Below are positions 55,901 to 61,712 of a stretch of 61,712 nt of DNA, piece after piece. The translations under genes were made by a program, and so were the position numbers. Numbering within the stretch: position 1 is the stretch's first letter; the number at the start of each line of letters is the position of its first letter. The stretch is from a virus (taxonomy: Duplodnaviria; Caudoviricetes), in the IMG/VR virus record IMGVR_UViG_3300027917_000003, positions 1 through 61,712 of that record; one strand, given 5' to 3'. The notes below the pieces were generated by a model. The model saw only the letters and a list, made by a program, of their open reading frames with translations, was not told the origin of the DNA and made no database searches.

Positions 55901-57386
55901 CGGAGCCCGATCCCTGATTGGTGACAACATAAATGCCGTTCTGGAGGCCAGAGGACTGGTCTTTGACAAGGACACGAGTGGCGTTCGTAACGTCAGAGGC
56001 GAGGAACGTGTAGCCATCAACGACAAGGACAGACGCCGCCCCGGATTGAGTAATAGTCGCGTTAACGCCGCCAGTGCCGTTGCTATAGGTGACAGAGCCA
56101 AGATCAGCGGTCGTCGCGTAGCTTGATTGAGTGTGGTAGGTCGTGTTCGAAACTGTGGCGACCTGATTGTCCACATATTGCTTGGTGGACGCTTCAAGGG
56201 CCGCAGTCGGGTCCTGCGTCAGGGTGACAGTTGTCAGCCCTGCGAGTGTCGAGGTGGTGGCGCCCAGCGCCACAGTAGTGCTACCAATGGTGACGGTGCT
56301 GTTGGTCAGGCCAGCGTTCGGGATCGTGGACACGGCGGTGAAGGCGCCGACGCCGTTGCCAACGAGGTAGCCTGTCAGGCTCGTCGCGCCAGTACCGCCG
56401 TTGGCGACGCCGAGGGTGCCCGAGACGTGCGTGGTGAGGCCGATCTTGCCCCACGAGGGCGTGGCGCCCACGCCGCCGGAGATGAGGGCGTTGCCGGTGG
56501 CGACGTCATTGAGGCGCGCAAGCGTCGAAGAGCTGTCGGCGTAAAGGATGTCGCCGGTCGTGTAGGAAGCGAAGCCTGTGCCGCCCTGCGGGGCCGACAG
56601 GGGCGTCGTGAGGCCAGACAGGCTGGTGATGTCGCTATTGGCGCCAGAAGCCGCCGCGCCGAGGTTTGTGCGGGCTCCAGAGGCTGTTGAGGCCCCGGTG
56701 CCACCATAGGCCACCGCAATCGGGGTGCCCTGCCACGTCCCGCCCGAAATCGTGCCGAGCGTCACCGTGCCACTGGCGGACAGATCCGTGAACGCTCCCG
56801 TGGAGGGCGTCGTGGCCCCGATGGGCGTCTGATTGATCGTTGAGGTAGAAATCGCCACGCCGCTGATCGTGCCGCCCGTGATGGCGACTGCGTTGGCGTT
56901 CTGCGTGGCCATCGAGCCAAGGCTGAGGTTTGTCCAAGTGGGGGCGCCACCCGCACCGGCGCCGGTCAGGACATAGCCTAGTGGGCCAGCGCCAAGCTGC
57001 AACCAGTCGGACGCGCCACGGTACAGGAGGCCGCCCTGCGCCGAGCCAATGCTGTCGAGGGCGGTGCTGACGGTCGAGTAGACCGGCTGGGAGGAGCCGC
57101 CCGTGAAATTGCCCATGATTGTATTGTTGGGCATTGCCGCGAGGTAGGCATTGGTCACGCTGTTCAGGGGCAGCGAAATGGTGACGGCGTTGCTGACCGT
57201 GGTCGATGACAGGGGCGACGTGGCCGTGACGGAAGTAATCGTCGAGACCGGGTACTGGGCCTGTGTATAGGTGGCGATTTGAGCGGCTGTGACCCGGACG
57301 CTGGAACCGGCCTGAACTGCCTCAAGCTGTTCGCTCCCGTTGAGCGCAGTGGCCGGTGTGAGGTTCGGGATCTGTGAGACGCTCAT
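52929..57386 (-). CDS. Long tail fibre
   Basis: T/G/S-rich; repeated ANGGT and ERMRID.SGNVGIG units. Confidence 0.85.
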   Translation of the reverse strand: MSVSQIPNLTPATALNGSEQLEAVQAGSSVRVTAAQIATYTQAQYPVSTITSVTATSPLSSTTVSNAVTISLPLNSVTNAYLAAMPNNTIMGNFTGGSSQPVYSTVSTALDSIGSAQGGLLYRGASDWLQLGAGPLGYVLTGAGAGGAPTWTNLSLGSMATQNANAVAITGGTISGVAISTSTINQTPIGATTPSTGAFTDLSASGTVTLGTISGGTWQGTPIAVAYGGTGASTASGARTNLGAAASGANSDITSLSGLTTPLSAPQGGTGFASYTTGDILYADSSSTLARLNDVATGNALISGGVGATPSWGKIGLTTHVSGTLGVANGGTGATSLTGYLVGNGVGAFTAVSTIPNAGLTNSTVTIGSTTVALGATTSTLAGLTTVTLTQDPTAALEASTKQYVDNQVATVSNTTYHTQSSYATTADLGSVTYSNGTGGVNATITQSGAASVLVVDGYTFLASDVTNATRVLVKDQSSGLQNGIYVVTNQGSGSANWQLTRAADFNTVGTGPNYIETGAATFVTSGSVNASTGWVMTTTGTITVGSTALTWAQTSSSSSVTVTAPLNKVGSVISLNTVTVPFGGTGLTTLTQYGVMLGNGTGNVAFASPGTSGYALLSNGASANPSFGQLSLTAGVTGTLPVANGGTGTSTAFTAGSVVFAGPSGTYAQDNAHLFWDDTNNRLGINSAVPNANMTIVSNTQTAAVPSAASLPAGTDLYIMGANAANTRITQDAYGTGNYAAYTGRQARGTGAAPTASQTDDILVEVTGRGYGATGFSSNSVVRIDMEAAEAFTDTAQGTYMSFHTTALGATSPVERFRIGPSGQLGIGGATYGTSGYVLTSAGASAAPTWSQVSATSLSGVLPVANGGTNISSYTIGDLIYASGTTTLSKLADVATGNALISGGVGVAPSWGKIDLTTHVSGVLPIANGGTNLSTTPTDGQLLIGSTAGAGYTLAALTQGTNIAITNGAGSISIATSGSPSFATSVTTPIVYGGTAASSSLTLQSTSGVGTSDSILFKVGNAGATTAMTINTSGNVGIGTGSPSSKLEVLNAGDSIVTITGNTASGNVAAVDFKRTGGTVNASIRSQSVGSNDAGEIFFQTRPNAGSLTERMRIDSSGNVGIGVTPQAWVSGTYKGLEVSIGNAASVNIVGGDASIASNAWISAIGTSKYLYSSVGASKYQFYNGTHIWSYAASGTAGGTISWSEAMRIDASGSLLVGATTQAFAEKFQVYGNYSVFNNASYTGFIGQGSSLGTATASDFAIRSSNALAFLSGGATERMRIDASGNVNIGSSAPVNPASLSILKQTTALSGTTNSFGIYLYPTSSGLCYIDAITSTSGNSSLALRTYNNGTYSLVNIDSTGNLNIATSGVSAKLYVNGNSASNIYALTDGTTITPDFSTGNNFSVTLGGNRTLANPTNMTVGQSGIIYVTQDGTGSRTLAYGAYWKFPGGTAPTLTTTASATDALVYTVRTSTSITVTAILNIG

Positions 57387-57886
57387 GTCAGCGGTCCTGT
57401 CTGCGGAACGGTCGTATTAGCATAAGGCAAGCCCGGATCGTTGTCACCGGGAGCATTAGGATCAGTGCCCGGCTGCGTGTTGAGGCCGCCCGGCGGCTCG
57501 CCAGTTTGCTGCGTGACGCGGGTCTGGTAAGTCTGCGTGATGCGCGTGGCGCCCCTGATCACCGGAATGCCCGTGATCGGATCGACCGTGTTCTGCCCCG
57601 AGGTCGTGCGCGTGTTCTGCTCCGCCGTGACGAAGTCCTGAATGCGCGGGTTCTGGATCGGCACGGGATCGGCGGGGATCACGATGGCGCGGAGCTGCTC
57701 CTGCGGCGTGTCATAGCAGGGGTTGCAGACAAGCAGGCGCTTGTTGATCAGTGAGGCGCCAGCCCAGTCAAACTGCCACTTGAGATCCACATGGTTGTAG
57801 CGGAAGCCGCAGCGGTCACATATCGCATGTGCCTGCGGCGACGTTGCGCTTGTTCTGGCCCGACCGGCTTGAGAGGCATATCCCAT
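57383..57886 (-). CDS. Zn-finger structural-module protein
   Basis: CDRCGF...VCNPCYD.PQ. Confidence 0.7.
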   Translation of the reverse strand: MGYASQAGRARTSATSPQAHAICDRCGFRYNHVDLKWQFDWAGASLINKRLLVCNPCYDTPQEQLRAIVIPADPVPIQNPRIQDFVTAEQNTRTTSGQNTVDPITGIPVIRGATRITQTYQTRVTQQTGEPPGGLNTQPGTDPNAPGDNDPGLPYANTTVPQTGPLT

Positions 57887-57895
57887 AGGGCCTCC

Positions 57896-58597
57896 TTACG
57901 GCCTGTAGTAGCCCGAAATCTGGGGTGAAATGTACTGCGCAGCCGTTTCCACGTTCTGCTCGGCGGCAATGTTGTAGGCCTCGTCGGCCATAGGCTTCAA
58001 GAGCTGGACCTTATCCGGCGCCCAGATGATGGCCAGCCGGGTCGCAAGATTATAGGCGAAAGCCTCCATCCAGAGATAGGGGATCTCGACCTGCGTCCCG
58101 TTCGACAGATTGGCGTCCTGCAACTGGCGGACGCGATAATACTTGAGATATTGCGCGCTCGTTCCGTCAGGGACGGGCCAGAGAGTGACGGTCGGGTTCG
58201 GCGAGATCAGGCGGTCAAACCAGAACGTCGTCGTGAAGCCCTGCGTCTCCTTGTTTGGGTAGCTCGCATATTCGGTGCGGCTCACCGGCAGGATGATGCG
58301 GTCGATAGGCTGTCCGTTGCCATTGTCGATGACCATGTAGGCGTCGAGCATGGTGACGGTGTTGAGTTCGACGTCATAAGTCGCCTGCCCGGCGACGAGC
58401 GGCTCGGTGACCAGATCCACGGCCCACAGGTTGACGCCTCTGTTGCTCCAGTTCGAGCACAGCATGTTGGCGGCCATGCGAGCCGCCTCCAGATGCTCCT
58501 GAAGCAGGGACGTGTTCCTGAGCCCGATGAGATTGTACGCATAGAGCGTGATCTCGCCGAGCGACGGATTAAAGTTCCAAGTGCCGCTCGTGGCCAT
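57896..58597 (-). CDS. Putative head-completion/adaptor protein
   Basis: W.NRG.NLW, SR.EY...PNK, LWPVPD, P..W.EA. Confidence 0.65.
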   Translation of the reverse strand: MATSGTWNFNPSLGEITLYAYNLIGLRNTSLLQEHLEAARMAANMLCSNWSNRGVNLWAVDLVTEPLVAGQATYDVELNTVTMLDAYMVIDNGNGQPIDRIILPVSRTEYASYPNKETQGFTTTFWFDRLISPNPTVTLWPVPDGTSAQYLKYYRVRQLQDANLSNGTQVEIPYLWMEAFAYNLATRLAIIWAPDKVQLLKPMADEAYNIAAEQNVETAAQYISPQISGYYRP

Positions 58598-58607
58598 CTT
58601 CTATCCC

Positions 58608-58931
58608 TTAGACGGGGCCAGCTTGGACGATGTTGGCCGTGACTGCGCCGGTCCCGCTGGTGATGTTGATCGAAATGGCGCGGCAGGGGACCGTGATGGC
58701 GCCGCCGACAGACGTCGTCGCGGCGCTGAAGCCCGTGGCCACATACCAAGTCGCCGTCGCAGCCGAATAGCCGTCAGCGTTCGGATCATCAAGAGAATAC
58801 TCAATGTTGAACGTGGGGGCGCCGGAGGTGACCTTGGTGCCGACGCCGACATTAAAAGGCGTCTGGAAGTCGTCCACGACGCGGATGGCGCTGCGGCCAG
58901 AGTTCGTTTGGCTGATGCTACCAAGCTGCAT
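58608..58931 (-). CDS. Hypothetical structural protein (start MQLGS)
   Basis: Beta-rich; late operon. Confidence 0.65.
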   Translation of the reverse strand: MQLGSISQTNSGRSAIRVVDDFQTPFNVGVGTKVTSGAPTFNIEYSLDDPNADGYSAATATWYVATGFSAATTSVGGAITVPCRAISINITSGTGAVTANIVQAGPV

Positions 58932-58932
58932 G

Positions 58933-59403
58933 TTACTTCCCCTTGCTGCGAGCCGCAGCGGCATTATGGTATGATCCTTTTTCTTTCAGATAAGCTGATG
59001 CTTTTTCTAAAAGAATTTGACTGTCACGGGCCATTCCTAGCATTGAATTACATTTCAAACAAAGGATACCCCTAAATTTTCCAGTTTCGTGATTGTGGTC
59101 AATTGCATAACCACGACGCCTATTATTATACACTAAAAGATCAGGAAGAACCTCTTCGCAAATAGCGCAATTGCCATTTTGAGCCTCAAGAGCATCATTG
59201 AGTTCTTTAACGGTTAAATCGTATTTATATTTCAAATGTTGCTCCAGACGTTTCTTAGGTGTTCTGCTGCCCCATCTATTTTTCTGCCGTTCCTTGCTAC
59301 ACTCAATGCAAAGGCTCTGGCTTTTCCAAAACTCGCTTATGAGCTTAACAGAATTGCAGCCATTGCATCGTTTCAGAGAGGCGATAGCAAGAACTCCCGT
59401 CAT
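58933..59403 (-). CDS. Endonuclease VII-family (HNH-type) homing endonuclease
   Basis: CNGC...CIEC; Q.G.CAIC; IDHNH.TG..RGILC..CN..LG; AT-rich. Confidence 0.85.
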   Translation of the reverse strand: MTGVLAIASLKRCNGCNSVKLISEFWKSQSLCIECSKERQKNRWGSRTPKKRLEQHLKYKYDLTVKELNDALEAQNGNCAICEEVLPDLLVYNNRRRGYAIDHNHETGKFRGILCLKCNSMLGMARDSQILLEKASAYLKEKGSYHNAAAARSKGK

Positions 59404-59567
59404 TTCTTCTGGCCCGCTCTTGCTGCGGCAATATTGTCAACAGCGTTGGGATAGGGACGGCCTGCGGCGCGGGCGTTAGCCTTGGCAGACTGAACCTGTT
59501 TACGGTTCAGGTGCTTCACCTTCGCGTCCTTGGGAGCATCTTTCTCCCAGAAAGGCTTCTTTTCCAT
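59400..59567 (-). CDS. Small basic protein (55 aa, not in the ORF track)
   Basis: MEKKPFWEK...AKANARAAGRPYPNAVDNIAAAR. Confidence 0.7.
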   Translation of the reverse strand: MEKKPFWEKDAPKDAKVKHLNRKQVQSAKANARAAGRPYPNAVDNIAAARAGQKK

Positions 59568-59568
59568 C

Positions 59569-59808
59569 TCAGCAATCCCACTTCCTGAGCGACTTGTTGA
59601 TGCGGCTGTTGGGATCTGCCGCCTTCGCGGAGCCCGTCAGCTTGCGCTTCATGCCGGTCATTCTAGCACAGAAGCTGTCCTTGCGAGAACCGCCTTCAGG
59701 CTGCGGGCGCTTGATGTCGTGGCCCTCGGCCTTCAACGAAGCGCGACCCTTGGCGTTCAAGCCGCCGTTGGGATTTTTACCCTCTTTGCGTGTCCAAGCA
59801 CCAGACAT
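59569..59808 (-). CDS. Small basic protein (start MSGAWTRKEG)
   Basis: KNP.GGLN.KGR...SFCARM...DPNSR...LRKWDC; GGAGG RBS. Confidence 0.75.
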   Translation of the reverse strand: MSGAWTRKEGKNPNGGLNAKGRASLKAEGHDIKRPQPEGGSRKDSFCARMTGMKRKLTGSAKAADPNSRINKSLRKWDC

Positions 59809-59875
59809 CGTGACCTCCATGCGAATGCGGGGGCACGAATGCCCCCGCTGCTCTACCAAGACGGGGAGGACGCTC

Positions 59876-60121
59876 TTAGTAGTGCGAAGCCTTGCCACGG
59901 GGCGTACCAGCGCCCGAAGCGGAAGACATGACGCTGCCGCCGCTCTTGCGGGGCTTGCGACCGGCGTGGGCGGAGGACATAACGCCCTCGGCCTTCATGC
60001 CCACTTTGCCGCCCTTCTTGAAGGCGTCCTTGGTGTTCATGGCCTCAGAAGCAACATTGCTGTTACCGCCAGAGTAGGCCGTGTGCTTCATAGCACCAGT
60101 CTTTGCAGCTTTACCCTTCAT
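59876..60121 (-). CDS. Small Lys-rich protein with KxGG motifs
   Basis: FKKGGKV, RKSGGSV; GGAGG RBS. Confidence 0.65.
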   Translation of the reverse strand: MKGKAAKTGAMKHTAYSGGNSNVASEAMNTKDAFKKGGKVGMKAEGVMSSAHAGRKPRKSGGSVMSSASGAGTPRGKASHY

Positions 60122-60137
60122 GTGAGCCTCCTATGGC

Positions 60138-60590
60138 TTAGGCGTTTTCGGCTTGGATGTAGCGGACGATCAGATCGCCAACGCCAGCGCCAGTGTTTGC
60201 GGAAAGAGCGTAAATGATCACGTCAGACGTGCCGACATTGGACCAAACGCCCACGCGAGTTGCGCTGGCGCCGGGACCGGCAGAAGTCTGCCCGATGGTG
60301 CCGAGGCTCTGCGCAGAAACAAGCTCGTTGGAAGTCGCGCTCGTTCCGATGCTGATGGTTGCGGCGGCGCCGTTCCAAGCCGTAGACACCAAGAACTGGA
60401 CGTTCAAGATGTGGCTGTTGGCCGGGATGACGATAGACGTGGCGTAGGCCGAGGCAGTGCCAGCCTGCGTGATGGACGCAGTCTGCGCCATAGCTACGAA
60501 GCCGACGTTCTTGATGGTGCCGGGCGTAGTGCCGGTGGTGTCAAGGACATCGCCAGCCTTGATAGGGCCAGTGAAGGTTACAATCCCCAT
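60138..60590 (-). CDS. Structural protein downstream of the capsid gene
   Basis: TFTGPIKAG N-terminus; IPANS.I; AGGAG RBS. Confidence 0.7.
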   Translation of the reverse strand: MGIVTFTGPIKAGDVLDTTGTTPGTIKNVGFVAMAQTASITQAGTASAYATSIVIPANSHILNVQFLVSTAWNGAAATISIGTSATSNELVSAQSLGTIGQTSAGPGASATRVGVWSNVGTSDVIIYALSANTGAGVGDLIVRYIQAENA

Positions 60591-60597
60591 GATGGGT

Positions 60598-60660
60598 CTC
60601 CTGCACGATGAGATCACGCCGTCTGTGCAGCGTCCGCTAGGCCGGTCTGCGTGATCGGAT
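60598..60660 (-). ncRNA. Structured RNA, candidate Mu-gpT-DE-type element
   Basis: GAUCACGC/GCGUGAUC stem plus CUGCAC/GUGCAG pseudoknot, immediately downstream of a gpT-like capsid gene. Confidence 0.5.
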
Positions 60661-60664
60661 GCCT

Positions 60665-60695
60665 AGAAAGAAGGGCGGGACCGAAGCCCCGCCCC
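60665..60695 (-). terminator. Terminator after the major capsid gene
   Basis: GC-rich stem, cUUCGg loop, UUCUUUCU tail. Confidence 0.75.
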
Positions 60696-60701
60696 AATGG
60701 C

Positions 60702-61607
60702 TTAGGTCGGGAACGCACCGTAGATAGCGCGCCAGTTGTAGTAGCCGAAGCTGTACCGCTCGTAGCCCTTGACCAACAGGTTGTCAGTCGTGAAGTCAAC
60801 CTGCATGTCTGTTTCAAACTTGATACGTTCCATATAGGAAAGGCCATCAATGTTAGTCAACAGGAACCATGCGCGGGCAGACGTAAGGTAATCGTTAACC
60901 ATGTAACCCTCCGGGAGACCTCCCGCAGTGGACATGATAGCGTTCACGTCATTATCTGCCGTGCCGGGGCGCAGTTCGGTCTTCGTCAGGCGGATCGCGA
61001 CCGGCTCAAGAGCGGGCGGGATCACCAGACGGCGACCGCGAGCAAACACCTTCAGACCGGCCTGATCACGGAAGTTCGTGCGGATGGCGATCATGCCAGC
61101 CAGCAACGTGCTCTCGTTGAGGTCGTTGGTGGTGTAGTTCGAGATCGTCGTGCCATCAATCGGGTGGGCCGAGTTGACGAGCGACACGCCGTCACCACCA
61201 ACCGCCGCGTTGTAGGTTGTCGCGGTATTGAGGATGTTGGCGCCGTAGATTTCCTTGGTCTGGGCAAAGGACTGCGTCAGGCCGAGGTTGGAGGGAGCAA
61301 ACTGGCTCTTGTAGAGGTTGTCGTCGATGGCTTTGCGAGTGATCGCATAGCCAAGGCCGATTTCCGTGTGCTCCTGATTGTACACGAAACGCTCGCCAGC
61401 GCCGTTGTCGAACGCGGTCTGGCCGCCTTCGGTCTTGAGCTGGGCGTAGCCCAAAAAGCGCATCTCAGCGGTGCGCTCCAGAGCCATCTTGGAGTCGTGC
61501 TTGGTGAAGATCTTGTCGTACTGCGACGGGATCTGCTCGTACTGACCTTCAACGCCCCGGAGGCCGGGGAGGAGAAGATCTTTGATCGCTGAAAGATTAA
61601 CAGCCAT
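60702..61607 (-). CDS. Major capsid protein (Mu gpT-like HK97 fold)
   Basis: LLLPGL, K.EG...FD, GYAIT..AI.DNLY, DG.SL....HP, LVIPP.L, ERYSFG..WR. Confidence 0.9.
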   Translation of the reverse strand: MAVNLSAIKDLLLPGLRGVEGQYEQIPSQYDKIFTKHDSKMALERTAEMRFLGYAQLKTEGGQTAFDNGAGERFVYNQEHTEIGLGYAITRKAIDDNLYKSQFAPSNLGLTQSFAQTKEIYGANILNTATTYNAAVGGDGVSLVNSAHPIDGTTISNYTTNDLNESTLLAGMIAIRTNFRDQAGLKVFARGRRLVIPPALEPVAIRLTKTELRPGTADNDVNAIMSTAGGLPEGYMVNDYLTSARAWFLLTNIDGLSYMERIKFETDMQVDFTTDNLLVKGYERYSFGYYNWRAIYGAFPT

Positions 61608-61613
61608 TGATCC

Positions 61614-61712
61614 TACTCCTTATTAGGTTCCAAGAACGCCGGACTTCATCGCCGTGTTGTTGAACGAGACGATGATGCGGTTGTACGCGGCGGTGTAGTC
61701 GTTGCCGGGGAT
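61614..61712. repeat. Terminal direct repeat, right copy
   Basis: Identical to 1-99. Confidence 0.95.

Noticed and set aside
50052-57386. Diversity-generating retroelement targeting tail fibres
   Set aside because: No reverse transcriptase and no adenine-specific TR/VR pair seen

Overview
The window is a complete, circularly assembled dsDNA tailed-phage genome. Bases 1-99 repeat exactly at 61614-61712, giving a unit length of about 61,613 bp, and GC is high. The architecture is podovirus-like: terminase, P22-type portal, scaffold, GroES, Mu gpT-like major capsid, adaptor and tubular proteins, ejection proteins, several tail fibres and a lysis cassette. Replication genes include a Prim-Pol/helicase, a RuvC-like resolvase, a PD-(D/E)XK nuclease and an SSB-like protein. 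I see no integrase, DNA polymerase, tRNA, CRISPR array or reverse transcriptase. The host is inferred to be an alphaproteobacterium. Most notable observations: (1) stand-alone domains resembling the host cell-cycle and transcription regulators DnaA domain IV, GcrA C-terminus, a CtrA/OmpR-type winged helix, GapR and the RNAP alpha-CTD, alongside four repeated early promoters that each carry a perfect DnaA box; (2) a modular early-gene cassette array; (3) a Tat-signal peptide fused to a copy of the phage's own capsid N-terminus; (4) a shared GG motif that punctuates head-internal and ejection proteins; (5) an iteron origin next to a paralog of the primase-helicase C-terminal domain; (6) several structured RNA leaders in the late operon. 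All product calls come from motif recognition by eye, not database searches.
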